DNA of 63,969 nt, the filler included, from Dimorphilus gyrociliatus (Eukaryota; Animalia; Annelida): assembly GCA_904063045.1 (NCBI GenBank). It is 4 parts of 4 records of this genome, joined end to end, with 100 filler letters (N's around TTAATTAATTAA, not from the genome) between each part and the next. Parts side by side here need not be neighbours in the genome. Positions count along the whole stretch, not along the records: positions 46,016 to 56,610 come from CAJFCJ010000271.1; positions 56,711 to 63,969 come from CAJFCJ010000306.1; 2 more parts are not named here. One strand, written 5' to 3'. Positions 46,016-60,388 of the stretch are shown piece after piece. The notes under the pieces are model-generated. The model ran no database searches. It saw only the letters and a program-made list of their open reading frames with translations, and was not told the origin of the DNA. The position numbers and the translations under genes are program-made. Each line of letters begins with the position of its first letter. Within the stretch, counting starts at the first letter, position 1.

Positions 46016-49000
46016 TAATTTAATATTTATAAGACGTCTGAAAAAAAGCTACCTACTTGCGACTGGAAAGAGAAATATGTCCATGATAAATGATTTATGT
46101 AGGAAGAAGTACCTCTTGCCCAATTCATTTTCGCGTGGTGGATATCCAAAACGAGGTTGTTACTATGGAAATGAAACTCACTTTCATATTGACTCCAAGA
46201 TATTCGTTGTAAAATGTATCCCCTACGAAAGATGCAAACTTCCCTACGAAGGTAATCTATGTATAGCTGCACATTTGACACTGATTAACATTCATTCATC
46301 CCGTTTGAATAGATATACGCATTGAAAAATATATCTTCTATCCAAATGCAAATATCACAGATTCATATGTGCCCTTTGTTGTTTCACGGAAATATGGCAC
46401 ATTTCCAATCTATTTTTCTCCAATATACCTTCTTGATTTTGGCAAAATTATCCTTTGTAAATATTTTAATTATACAACAGCAAATGTTAAAGTTACGTAT
46501 GTTTGTCCCAAATTTTTATATTTCATTGGTACAACAAATATTTTCAAACTTAATTGCCCCATGAATGCCAAATCGTTAGAATCCTGCTTTTATAGTCATA
46601 ATATAAGATATACGAGAAAAAGAATTTGTGCTATAAAATGCGAAAACAGAGAAATATTCGAGAAATTTCGCTTTATGGACAAAAATGTCCGTGCAATTTA
46701 TAAAGACACAATTCCAAAACCATTTAGTATTTCTGGCCATTTAGAAATGAACTTTTTAAGCACATGGATCAGTATTGTTGTTCATCCCTTTACTTATAAA
46801 TCATTAGAGGTATCATAATTACAGTATGCAAATTCTATGAACACTACTCATCTTTCAACATTTTCAGTTAATTTGTAAGTATTTCAATTATACATATTCA
46901 ACATTTATTTCTATGGATGTACACGGCTTTTCACCGATCAAAATGTTACCACATGTTTTTAATTGTGATAATTGTACTCAATTGGATTGCTGTAATTTCA
47001 CAATGAATATAAAGATGGCTATTTTCAAAAATACATATCCAACTATCAATATACTCTGTGATCAATCTGTAAAAATACCTAATTGTTTGTAGTTTGTTTC
47101 TTTTTATAAGGGAAAAACAATAACAACAATGCACACACCAATATCTTATCTTTATAGCTTGCAATTACGATTCCGATGTTAAATACTATGGAAATTGTTA
47201 CTCTATTCATTTACTTCAAAGTTTTTCAACTAATGCACGTACACTAAAAGTTAATACTTTCAATAATTATCAGACAAGAAATGAAATTCGTAGGTCATGT
47301 GACCGGGAAGATAAAATTCTCTTTTCTCTTGATTACAACCATGAAATAGATTTAATTGTATTATTGTTTACTGTAATATTGCAGAATAAAAGCAAATATC
47401 TCACTGGCATACCATTTGGTAAAAGTTGTATTATTGTAAATAATCACTCACTATTTCTCTCTTTCTCTCTCCAATTAGATTATCAAGTCTCAGAAAAAGT
47501 AACTGGCATCTTTGGTTATATTTTCCAACAGTAAGGTTATATAAATATAAGCAATCTACTATTGAAATACAATTGGAATACTCTTCCAAGTCCACAACTT
47601 ATAAAACAAAAATATTATAAGAGCTTACTTGAAGCTCATTCAAAGAAATTGAATAAATATTCAAGCCAAAAGAGTTGTTTCTACTATAAAGATTCCTCAG
47701 TCACTTCTGTCCAATGTAAAGGTGACAATGAAATATCAGTGTATATTTGTGAACAGGCAATAAGCAAGTAAGTGGTTTTGTTTATGTCAAATTTCAAATT
47801 GAACCATTAAAGAATTAGGGTTATATAAACTTAACGCCTTATTGATACAGAATGAAATTAAGAATTCCATTTAACAAGAATAGTTTAATCTTGCCGACAT
47901 TCGTTAAATGTCCTTTAGGACTATTTACTTGCATAATGTTTAAATTTTGTATTAGTGTTATGAATATCTGTGACGGCGATAATGATTGTTTAGATGGAAG
48001 TGACGAAAGAAACTGCTTACAAACTGAGAAATATCTATGCAAAAATGGTCAATATATAGCAATTCAATTTGTGTGCAATTATATATCTGATTGTGCTGAT
48101 AAATCTGACGAATTGGACTGCTTTAGGCCTATTTTAACAAATTCTACATTTACGAAAAAGTTTCTTTCTTTTCTTATAGAAAGTTTCCATATTATAAAGA
48201 ACAATTTTCTTTCTATTTAAAAAAAAGGTACCGATGTACAAATGGACAGATAATACCAAAAAAGCAGTTGTGCAATAATGATAGAAACTGTTTTGACAAC
48301 AGCGATGAAGCTGTCCACTGCAAAGGTCAACGAAAACAATCATGATTAATGCTCTATTATAGGCTTAATGGTTTGTATTGTTTTCTTTTGCAGAGAGATG
48401 TAAAAGTAAAGTGTATTGCGAGGGTTTTTGCGTACCCGAATCATTTGTTTGTGATTTACATTTGGACTGTTCAAATGGAGAGGATGAGAGTAAAGGCCTA
48501 TGCCAAAATCGGTCAAAATACTCTGAAGACGCTTTTAATATGGAATACAGGCGGAAAAGGAAACATTTCAGTACATTTTGTAGAATTGAATATGATTCGT
48601 TTGGTAGACAGATGACAAGAGCGGGATTTCCTTTGTATCAATTACGGGGGTGTAGAAATATGACATGCAAAATTGGAGAATATCAATGTCAAGAGGAAAA
48701 TTATTGTATTCCAGTGAGTAAAGTGTGTGATGATACAATTCATTGTCTAAAGGGAGACGACGAATACAATTGCGGTAAATTATAGATAAGTAGCAATTGA
48801 ATTGGTGCTGTTATTCTCTTCTAAAAACTAGATACATTTAAACCGAAATCAACATTCTTGTGTAAGAACGAAAGGACCTTTTTAAATTTAAGTCGAGTTT
48901 GCGACGGAGTTATAGACTGCAAAGAAGGAAATGATGAAATATTATGTTCTAGTCAGAACTATTCCAGTGTAAAATGTTCAGCAATTTGTAATTGCAGTAA

Positions 49001-50622
49001 TTTAGCGTCTATTCAATGTGTGAATGGAGAAGATTATCAACAAAATACCCTTACATTCTACTACAGTGTTAAAATACTCTCATTAATTTCAATACCAAAG
49101 AGGATTACAATTGAACTGGAACAGTGGGAAGCGTTGACGCAATTATCATACGAAAAGAGTCGCCTACAAATCATACCAAATTTTCAAGCATTTAATCTTA
49201 TAAACTTAAATCTAAGAAAAAATAATATTGAAATATTAAACAAGGAAGATATTTGGAGTTATAAGCTTCTACAACATTTCGATATAAGTAATAATCCATT
49301 TACAGTAATCCCGCAGCAATTTTTTAGCATATCAAAACGCTTGTTATTTCTAAATTTAACAAAAACAAGTATAAATAGAATTGATAATGAAATATTTAAA
49401 TACTTAATTAATCTAATTAAATTGGAAATAATTGATTGTAAATTAATTTCAATTAGTAATCAACCATTTAAACGATTGGAAAAATTACAATACTTATATA
49501 TGATGAATACTGAATTGCCAAATTTCTTGGATTTGAATATAATTAAAAATTTAAGATCATTAAAAAGATTGTATTCAACAAGTTTTCTCTTTTGTTGCGT
49601 AATCAAAAAATTTGGTATACCAGTTGAAAAGTGCATACCAGATAGATCTGCTCTTAAAGTATGTCAGGATTTAATTGGGTCGCAATCGTTAAGAATCTCA
49701 ATATGGATTATTATAATTTTTGGATCAATTGGAAATCTTTTAGCTATATTCATTCAATTGAAGTCGATTAAACCTTCTACAATTTTATTCCTTTCTCTTC
49801 ATACTTCTGACCTTTTCTACAACATTTACCTTATAATAATAGCCTCATTTGATATATACTATAAAGGAAATTATATAGAAAACGATTCCAAATGGAGATT
49901 TAGCCCTCTATGCGTATTTTGCGGTTTCATGGCCAATCTATCAATTATACATTCAAATTTTTCACTTTTATTAATAACGGCTGAAAGATATTTCATGATA
50001 TGTCACGTGCTAATTTACAAGAGATATTTACAAACAACTCAACAGCATCTATTTATATCTATAATTGTTTTATTAATTTCAGTATTTCTATCAATTCTAC
50101 CATATTTCCTCTTCGATGTTAGACAATTTTACAGCTCTGTTCAGTATAATTTCAATAATTCATTCAATTCTATTATAGAACTATTTCTCAAGATCTGTCG
50201 TCTGTTTCTCCCTCCATATCACTGCCGAAAGAGCCAATGGATGGCAATATTCATTTGCGAGTTTCAGTCCAGTAATCTTTGTACAATTTTTAATAATTTC
50301 ATTTGTCTATTTCAAAATGATAAAACAAATATGGCGGTCAAAAATTGTTAATCCGCAACAATTTCGTAAAAGGATAACATCTGTTGTTAAACTGAGTTTA
50401 ATTATTGTTCTAACAAATAGTGCTTGTTTTCTACCAGTTGCCATATTAGGATTTATGGCTTTAAATAAAAATCATATTCTTGATGAAAGAGTTTATCCTT
50501 GGATTATCATCTTGATTATTCCGTTGAATTCATTGCTAAATCCATACATTTATTGCGCAACAACTCTAATTGTTTCCTTGAAAAGAATCAGTCAAAGAAA
50601 AGTTCTAAAGACTAATATGTAA
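46016..50622 (+). CDS. GRL101-like LRR-containing GPCR, gene A (multi-exon, 5' end probably missing): SRCR-like, C-type lectin-like, about 6 LDLa, LRRs, 7TM
   Basis: SRCR-like IILCKYFNY..LNCPMNAKSLESC..CAIKC; CTL-like YYGNCYS..SCFYY..VQC..YICE; LDLa ICDGDNDCLDGSDERNC, VCNYISDCADKSDELDC, VCDDTIHCLKGDDEYNC and others; LRR LINLNLRKNNI, LQHFDISNNPF; hinge FCC..C..DL; TM GNLL, LHTSD, ITAERY, NYFSRSVVCFSL..GWQYS (after an intron at ~50119-50178) and PLNSLLNPYIY. Exact exon boundaries not fully resolved. Confidence 0.9.
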
Positions 50623-50706
50623 AGAAATAATTTTTACATAACGTTTCTTTACCTTTTAAATTCAAATTTCAAATTGTTTTTTTTCTTTTATTTTCAATTA
50701 ATTTAG

Positions 50707-51158
50707 ACAGAGAGAAGTCATAAAATCGGATTTAAACGAATCTAGAAAATGTTTGTTCAAGTTAAATCTACAACTTTTTTTTTATTTTAATTTTGCTTTT
50801 TGTTCTTTTAATTACAGTTCAAAAATTTACATCATCATTTGGACAGAATGGAATATTATTAGATGTTCAACGCCAATGCCAAGAGTTCAATATTTATGAA
50901 CGTGACGCTATTAGTGTAAACAATCTATTCTATTTGGCTTTTCATATTTTCAATGCATTGAATACTATTCATTCAATGAAATTAGGAATAAAAGACTGGA
51001 AAACAATGACAATTTTCACTTGTAATTCAATTACTGATAAAAATCCAATCTTTCTGCTGTCAATGAGTGATTTCGAAATGAGGAATAATAATTCTAAAAA
51101 TAGTGAAGATGTCATGAAATTTGGAAAACTATTAAAAAATATGAATATTTCAAAATGA
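50707..51158 (+). CDS. Degenerate protein-kinase C-lobe exon(s), possibly the spliced C-terminal tail of GPCR gene A
   Basis: LFYLAFHIFNALNTIHSMKLGIKDWKTMTIF (alphaE plus HRDLK-like), SMSDFE (DFG-like), SEDVMKFGKLL (DVWSFG-like). Candidate exons 50707-50750 and 50818-51158. Confidence 0.45.
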
Positions 51159-51594
51159 TTTCTTGTCTTTTTATGTATTTGTTATTGTAAAAGTATAGAC
51201 AAATACATTGGGGCATAAAAAATAAGCCTTGCCTTAAGTAAAAGTTCTTCTAATGTTCTAGGATTCATATTTCTAAATATTAATAAGTCAATGCTACTAT
51301 GTATAAGTTAGATTTGCCTTTATTTATCTTTCAAATTGGACAAATTATACCAGTTTATTTTTTTGGTAATTGAACTATTTAAGAAATTAAAACTGTTACT
51401 AGAAACCTCTGTAATCATCTGTTCATCAATTAAAATTTATCATTTAAAATAAAACAATATCTAAATTTGATAGAAATTAAATCTTAATTACCAGTTTATT
51501 TTATTCATATAATACTAAAATACTTAAAATTAGCAAAATTAATAAAAAAGGAATAGGAAAAAGAGAAATAAAATCACAAACAATTCTAACTTTT

Positions 51595-54500
51595 ATGAAA
51601 ATCATGTTTATCTTCAAAATATTTCTATCAAATTTAATATTAATTTTAATTATTAATTTATTAAATGGAAAATTACATTTTGAATTGTTAAAGAATCAAT
51701 TAACATATTCTGAAGGATTATTAAAATTTACAAATGAATTTAATATATCATATTCAATTTTATATACAAAATTATCTTTTCAGCAGAGTAATGTGTTATG
51801 TAAGGAAATGAATTATGATTCAATACATTCAAATTCATTCCCTTGTTATACGAACAATCCTAGACTTTTTAATAGTTCGGAACATGCTGTTAATCCCCAA
51901 TTTCTAGTTAAAAATTGTTGTAGAATGTATTTAAAATTTTTAATTTTAGTTGATTTTTAATATATTCATAGACAGTTTTAAACATTTGCAGTTCTTTGAT
52001 GTTAAACAATAGCCTATTTAATGGACTCTGTTTGAAATGTTATAAGAAATTTGAAACATGTTTGAATTATTTTTGAAAAAAGTCTCTTTTAATTATTTTA
52101 CAATTAAAAAAAAAATTTGTTTTAGATATTTTTGGTGTTAAGGAAACAACCGAAAGATTTAAACCTTATTTAAAAACTTCACAATCTATATATCCAGTTT
52201 CAAAGAATACTAAAAATATTTTTGATTTATGCAGAAAAATTGAATTTTTAATTGAAAATTTTAATATTTCAATGAATTTATCTGCAAATGTTAATGAAAA
52301 TTTGACTATTATAGAAAAATATGATTTAAAAAATTCAAATGAAGTTCTTCTATGTCTAACTCGATTTTACGACGGTGAAATTTTGTTTGTTTGTAATTTT
52401 AAGAAATAAATTATTGATGAAAAAAACTCTTCGTTTCTAGATATAATTTATGAAGCAGTTGGATATAATAGGCTAAGAACTTATGCCTATTTCAATTTGT
52501 TTACAAAATATGCTGATTATTTCTTTGTCTCCAAAACTTATGGTGTCCAACCTCCTCTTTTTCGATATATTTATCGTCCTCTCTATTCCTGCGAGAAGAT
52601 TTTTCGTATTTTGCGTATGCCCAAAAATTTATATTGTACTGTTAAAATGGTTTCATTTAAGGTAAATAATAATAGTTGATAGAAAACATATATCTAGGGG
52701 AAATAACATAAGGGGAAACAGTGTCTTATCAAAGTGTTGGAAGTAATTGAAACAAGCTAGGCTAAGACAATCACTTACCAGACTTGAATTTATGTAAAAG
52801 TATACATTTCTCCGTGTTTTCTGTCATATCTAAAATATTAGATAAGAGATAAGTTTGGAATTAATTAGCTGATTCAATTAGAGTGATTTTAAACTTTATT
52901 GTGATATTTATGGACATCTTTCCAAATATTGTTTCTATGAAGCAATGAGTACTATTGAAAATTTCCACATAATTGTACCATATGTTACAGAAACAAGTGG
53001 TAGAGATAATGATTTTTTAAACATTCTTTTCCCTTTTGTATAATATTTCAATAACTGACTTTCTTTCTTTCTTTCTTCTTCTTCTTTATAGATAAAAAAA
53101 TTTTCTATTTTAAATATAGAAATTTTATTCTCTATGAATTTCAAAAACATTTTCTTAGTCATTTCTCTGGAGAAATGTTAGTACAAATAGGCAAAAAAAA
53201 GCATCCTTTTCAGTTTATTGATCATCATGAATGTGAAATCATTTGCAAAAGTTTTGGATTTAGAAACTGTCCAATGGGTGATAGACAATTGATATTCAAT
53301 AATGATTATATTTTTCCATATTCATTAAAATGTGAAAGCAATCATTCAGTTCTAGCAGACTGCAATTTAAAAGTAATAGATACCGAGTAAGAGTAAAAGT
53401 TAAGATAAGAAATTTTTTCTACATGAAACTTTTTATCTTTATTTTTCATTTCAGAAATGAATTAAAACAATATTTGAACTGCTCAAACATTAATGAAAGT
53501 AAAACAATAGAAATTTTTAAATAATGTTTTTTTATATCTTTTTGATTTTTGTCTTTATAAGAAAAAGTTTGTGATGGAGATGCTTATCTTTATATTGATA
53601 ATATTTGTTATTATTTGTATTATCCAAAAGAACTTTTAAACATTTATCAAATAAAGAAAGAATGTGAAAAGAGGAATATGACTTTAGCTGATTTTCCTAC
53701 AACAAAGCTTCAGAAAACATTAACGATCATTGAAGCAAGTATATTAATGACATTAAAGTTTGAAAAGTTAATTCTTGGTGGTATTCCATTCTATTCCAGT
53801 TAAGAAATTTATTTTATTACTCTTTTTAAATTAATATTATGAAAACACTTTTAGTATTAGAAAGGAAGAGAATAAATGATAAAATACTGTACTTTACACA
53901 AACAAATGTACCTTTATCATATTATCCAAAATATACATCTAAAGTATAGAAGAATGAAACTGTATTGATAGCGACTAATAACTTTTTTTACAATTATTAC
54001 TAATAGTATTTAAAGGATGGTTACTTGGAATATAAATTTAGAAGTTTTGCTAGAGAAATTACCAAACGTCAAACTTCCAATGGTTTTTGTATACAATTTG
54101 CACCAGTTGGATTTCTTCTTTATTCAAAAAATTAAAGATAATCATCTCTTTTTGTTTCAGTTACCTGTTTCTGATGGGATTTATTTAAGTTATGGTAAAT
54201 ATCTTACTAAACTATCTCCCTTTTTAAAACTGTCTCCTTAAAAAGTCTTTTTATTTTAGAATTTGTAATGCTGGAAACCAACTGTGAATATGCAAATAGT
54301 AAATTATATTTTTGCCAACAAAACTTACCTGGTAAGTGCAATTGTTCTATTTTTATAACATTTATTTAAAGGCTAGTTTTTTTTTTTTTATTTTTGAAAG
54401 TTAAAACTCTGAATGCAAAATCTATTAAATTGAGTAGAACATATAGTATATTTAATCATTCATTTAATAGTTTTTATTGTAATAAAAGTGGAATATTCAT

Positions 54501-56610
54501 AAATTATATGTATATTTGCAATGGAATAAATGATTGTCCTTTTGGAGAAGATGAAAGTTTATGTGAAAATTTTGAAGAAATATATTTTACATGTTTTCCA
54601 CATAGAAATATTACGGTCAGTTATAGATCAGTTTGTAATTTTATCAATGATTGTCCAAATGGATTTGATGAAATTCATTGCAGTAAGGATCTCTATTCTT
54701 GATCATTTTCGTAATTAAAACTAAATATTTTTGTTTAAAAGGATGGCAATATTGCAATTTAACATCAAGCAAGTATGAAAAATTAATGTTAATGTTATTA
54801 TTATTCTTATAAATTAATTTATTAATAAGAAAATGTAAGAATAATCAGTGTATTGAAAATAAATATGTTTGTGATGGTGAAAAAAATTGTTTTGATACGT
54901 CTGATGAAATATGTGGAAATGAAAATGCAATTGATCAATCTTTTATTAAAAGTAGTACAAAAGTTTTTTTAAGTAAAAGAAATAATAAAAGAAACCTTTT
55001 TTAAAGATTGTAGATTCAATTCTAATATTCAATGTAAAGAAGGTTGTTATTCTGAACAACAACTTTGTAATTTAGATGGTCCATGTAAAAGTTTTCATTT
55101 CGAATACCATCCAAGATGTGTGGATATACTTAAAGAATTTACAACTTCATTTTGTAATGTAAAGTACAATTCAATGGGATTTATATTAAATATTTCAAGC
55201 TATCCACTTAGTGATTTTGATAATTGTACAAGAAAAAGTTGTAAAATTGGTGAATTTTTATGTCAAAAGACAAAATTTTGTATATCAATTGAACAGGTAT
55301 GTGATGGCATCAATCATTGTTTAAATGATGAAGATGAAATTGATTGCGGTAATAATAGAAGAAGGAAAATACAATTAGTATTATTGAAATATAAAAAAAA
55401 ATTCATTTTTTCCAAAGAGTCTTTCTTACCAAAAGGATTTTTTAAATGTTTGAATGAGCGAAAATATATTATGTTAGAAAAAGTTTGCAATACAATTATT
55501 GACTGCTATCATGGAAGTGATGAAATTTTTTGTATAAAAGATGCTTTTTCACATTCTCTCTGTGAAAAATTATCAATTTATGAATTTAATTGTAAATATG
55601 AAAAGAAGTTGAAAAATAACAAAACCTCTTTGTTAACTTTACAAAATAATGTAAAAAAATTGTCAATTTCTGGTGAAATATTCATAAAAGTTGAAAAATT
55701 ACAAAGTAAATTAAAAGTATTGACAATTACAAAACATTCCAATATTTCAATGATTGATTGGAGATTATTTCCAAATCTTATTTATTTAAAAATTACTGGA
55801 AATTTGCTAAGTAATTTTATAAATCTGCATCAACAGACAAGTCTATTATTACTGCATTATCTTGATATTTCTGATAATCTTATCAAAAGTTTATGGAAAA
55901 TGAATATGGAATTCATTTCTTGTCCATTCTTAAGATATTTAGATATCTCTAAAAATCCAATAACTTTCCTAGATATTGATTCAGACACGATCCAAAATTT
56001 AGAAATATTAAAAATGACACATTGCGATATTATTGATATCTCTCTTAGTTTCTTTAAATCTTTACCAGTTTTACACGAAATTCAATTAAATGAAACAAGG
56101 CTATCTGAATATTTCTATATTCAAGTTGCCAAAACTTTCAAATCTATAAAGAAAATATTTAGTAAATCATTTTTCCTTTGTTGTCATATTTGGAAATTTG
56201 TTAACAATGATGTAGTATGCGAACCGTCGATTTCAATGTTCAATTCGTGTTCAAATCTCTTAGGAGTGGGTTTTATCAGAGGTCTCTTTTGGACTTTTGG
56301 ATTAATTGGACTACTTGGAAATGGTGTATCTTTTATATTAACAATTAGGACAGCCTCTCGAAAATCTTATAAATTATTATTAAATCTTAGTGATATTTTA
56401 ACATCTATCTATTTTATATCAATTGCAGTGGCTGACTTATATTTTAGTAATGGTTATATAGAAAATGACTACAGATGGCGCAATAGTGCATATTGCAAAT
56501 TTATTGGCACATTAATGTTTTGGTCTCTAATACAATCGCCTGTATCTCTATTATTGGTAACATTAGAAAGACACCAAAGTATTAGACATCCATTATCTTC
56601 AACATTCATT
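51595..56610 (+). CDS. GRL101-like LRR-GPCR, gene B (multi-exon, truncated by the contig end after TM3): signal peptide, SRCR-like, CTL-like, about 6 LDLa, LRRs, 7TM
   Basis: MKIMFIFKIFLSNLILILIINLLNG; CEIICKSFGF..SLKCESNHSVLADC (SRCR); IDNICYY..KECEKRNMTLA (CTL); LDLa ICNGINDCPFGEDE, VCNFINDCPNGFDE, VCDGEKNCFDTSDE, VCDGINHCLNDEDE, VCNTIIDCYHGSDE; LRR LHYLDISDNLI; FLCC..CEP..SCSNLL; LLGNG, NLSD, VTLERH. Confidence 0.9.
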
Positions 56611-56710
56611 NNNNNNNNNNNNNNNNNNNNNNNNNNNNNNNNNNNNNNNNNNNNTTAATTAATTAANNNNNNNNNNNNNNNNNNNNNNNNNNNNNNNNNN
56701 NNNNNNNNNN
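56611..56710. other. Artificial contig spacer
   Basis: 44 N + TTAATTAATTAA + 44 N. Confidence 0.98.
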
Positions 56711-58397
56711 TTATTTTTATACTAACTATTTCATTGTCTCTTTGAAAATTTGTACCTAAAATAATAGATTTTCGATCTCCTACTATCTTAAATACTGAAT
56801 TTTCATTATTTATCTCTAATAATTGCAATTCTGTATTTAATTCTACTCTTTTTAGTTTTTTATTTATTTTTATTTCTTTTTCTTCTGAACTATCTCTGTA
56901 TTTTATACTTTCTATGAATATTTCATTATCATTTACTATTATTGGAAGTTGATGAGTTCCTTTATTGTATTTCTCATATATTTTGTACAAAAAAGTTCTT
57001 CTTTGATCTTTTATAGACTGTATTTTTATTTTAGTTATTTCGATATCTTTAAATACTTCAATATTAAATAAAATAGTATTTATAAAATAATCATTTACTG
57101 TGTTTTTGAAATTATACGTATTGTTTTTTACCAAATACAAACTATCGAGTGGTTTTACACTTTTAACTTCTAAAGATTCTTTAAATAGAGCATTATTTCC
57201 TGATTTAATACAACCTTTACTATCAAATTTCATATTATTCATAAACTTGTTTATCTCAGGTTTTATATCAACACTTTCTTCTTTCGTAGAATCTGTTAAT
57301 TTAAGATTACTGTTCCATTTTTTGTCGTCTATGTTTTCTTTAATCATTTTCCAAGTATATGCTTTTAATTTTAAATCACTAGCAGATTGAAGTTGCTTAT
57401 ATAAAATAAAAAGATAAATTAGTGATGCTCTCTTCAATTTTCTTCTTATTAACTCTTCTGCTACCATTAAACAAAAGAACATATACTTATTTTTTTGTAA
57501 GGATTTGGCTATGTTTTTTCTATTGAGTTCTTTAACAACGATTAACAGGTCTCTATTTGTTAAATCTTCTAAAACCTCTAAAACTACATCCAAGTCAAAC
57601 TTACCAAGTAATACTTCCTTAGATATCCAGGCAGAATACCTTTCGCTTATAGATAGACAGATTTCATCTTTATAGCTATCAGGTATTGAGTTATAAACAG
57701 GAAAAACTCTCTTATTCGTATGTGATGATTTAGTATGATATTTAAGTAAGTGGTTAAATATCATTGTTGTTTCAAAAGTAAAGTTATCTGTTTTATTGAT
57801 AACATAAATGTCGTTGTTTTCATCAAATAGAATGTTGTAGAGATATTTACGATTTTTTCTTATATTTTCATACGAATTCTCTAAAAAACTAATGACATCA
57901 CTTTCCAGTGTAGAATATCTTTTTATTTTAACTTTAGATAGAAAATATAAAGATGATAAATTCTTCTCATTCTTTGCCAACAAACAATTTCTTAAAAGGT
58001 TAAGTTTGAACATGAAAGTGTATATCTTAGTACAATCTTTGACTTTATACAAAACTTGAGATTTTTCCTCTAAAAAAAGAGAAAGATACTTTCTTAGATT
58101 TTCGTATAAGATTTTATAAAACTGTTCTTGTTTGGTGAAGGTAGAATTCCCATTTTCTTTTACATTAGTTGAATTTTTAGTAGTAGAAAAAGATATTTTT
58201 TCATCTTTTATAAGAGCGTATATATCTGGTGGTTCGTAGAGGACTTTACTCTTATTTGATACAAAAACTATTAAAAAGCCTTTATCCAATTCTAAGAATG
58301 ATTTAGTAAAGGTAGATACTTTTATAATGTTATATGGAAATATAAAATAGCTGCTTTTTATTGAAGCGTTAACGTAGACATTAAAACAATTTTTCAT
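56711..58397 (-). CDS. Large intronless protein, 3'-truncated at the contig end; weak resemblance to TRAPP III subunit Trs85/TRAPPC8
   Basis: More than 560 open codons, helical core followed by beta-rich C-terminus. KNKYMFFCLMVAEELIRRKLKRASLIY..W loosely recalls RKxAFxxvLAxxrf..g..k.A..cY..W. The ORF is secure; the product is tentative. Confidence 0.4.
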
Positions 58398-60388
58398 CTA
58401 ACTTTATACTAAATTTTACTTTAAATCGAAGATTACTTTATTTGAAACTTTTTAAAACGTATGTTATAACTTTCTTGTATTAAATCATATCAGGATTTAA
58501 TAAAAAAAAATAGTGTTTGTAATAATTAAATGTACGCTTTTATCTGTTAATATTTATTTATTTCTTATAGTGTTAAATTCAGAACAATATTGCGTTTCTT
58601 TTTATATAAATACAGCTTAAATACTAAAAAAAAAGTTTTTGTAAAGTTGTTTGCTTTAATGATAAATTTAACCAAATGTCGAGAAGTACACTCAGTTAAA
58701 GTATTTTGTAAAATATATGATAATGTTAGAATATATTATAAAAAACCATAACTTCATACGACTTTAACATTATATTAAAACTTATTTTTAGTATAGTAAA
58801 ATAATTACATGCTTTGGTTATAAGATAATACACTAAAGGTACGATTTTTTTAAAACTGTGTTACTTTGAAATAACAGAGAATTTTATTATTGGAGTAGCA
58901 GTTTAAAATTAGTATAACCTTTTTAATACATAAATTGAACTTCTTATAATAATTTAAGTTATAAAGTTGTTGTATTGGCACGAAATCTCAGTATTTCTGA
59001 ATTTTAAAAAGTATTTTTTAAAAAAGGAAATTTTAGAACCGGTCTTGTAAAAAACGTGGTACATAAACATTTAAAAATAAAATAAAGTTTAAAAAGTAGT
59101 ATTATGAGGTCTAAAAAGTAACATTTTTCTTTATAATATGAAAATATGCTTATGTTTAATGAATTTCTATTACAATAAAATTAAGTTGGTCTAATAAACT
59201 TTAATGTTTGTTTCATATATTTATTTACACCAAAAAGCACTTTTTATTTTATCATTAAAAGTAAATATCTACAATAAATATTACAAGATGTATAAAATGG
59301 AGTTTTACATTAATAAATTGTATTTTTGTACTATTTTATTTTGTTAAATAGAAATATATTGAAGTAGGAGATAAAGTTAATATAAGAAAAAGTAATGAAG
59401 TAAAAAAATTTTCAGATTAACAATAAATAAAAATTAATCTTTCAAAACAAACGAGATTAAAGGTTATAGAGTAATATTAAATTCTAGTTTAGAATAATAA
59501 GCTAAATACACTTATATAAGTAACTATAAGTTTTTCTATTCTTTTAAACAAGAGTTAAGAAGTGAAGAATCTTCGGTTTTTATATTTTATAGTAAATTCA
59601 GTATATAAAAAAATACGTATTATAAATAAAAGAGAAATAAAAGGTCGTCAATAAATTATAATTCTTATATAATTATATTTTAGTAAAGTTATATAAATAT
59701 AAAATTTTTACTGATCATTGTTTATTGATTTTAGTAAAATTATTTAAATATAGAAACTGTACTCATCATTTTCATATTTATATTTTAACTATTGTTTTCA
59801 ATGATGTAAATCAAAACATTTTCTTTATAGAAATACTTTGTTCTAATACCAATACAACCTCTTTTAGAATAAGAAAGTTTTTTGTTCTTATTTTTCTTTT
59901 TATTATTCATTATTAAATTTTTTAAATTATTTGGAAATCAATAATTTTCCTTACAAAGGCTTTTACTATACAAAACACAAAACCGTTGTTTCCTATTAAT
60001 AAAAAAATTGATTTAAACGAAACAAGTTAACGTCCAACCACCTATTTTTTTTTTAAAATATCTAATTAGTATTTTTATTGATAAAAACACGTGTATTAAG
60101 GCATATTACTCAATCCGTTTATAGAAAATAATATAGTAGGTTTCCTTTATCGTCTTTTCCTATTTAAGCTTTTAATATCATAAAAGCCCGAAAAGAAACG
60201 TATTTTATAGATTTTTTAAGTAGAAAACATAACGTAACTCTTAACATATTAAGGTATAGAACTTTAGATAATTTAAAATTGAAAGAATAAAGAAAAAGAA
60301 AAATGTTAAAACATTAATTAAACTAAGATTTGATTGCTAACTAACACGTAATAAAATATTTAAATACTACAAAAAAACAGATTTTAAA

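Noticed and set aside
56611-56710. ORFs 55120..56658, 56655..58397 and 23833..24114 running through N
   Set aside because: Their ends are artefacts of gaps and linker stops; the genes are truncated at contig ends.
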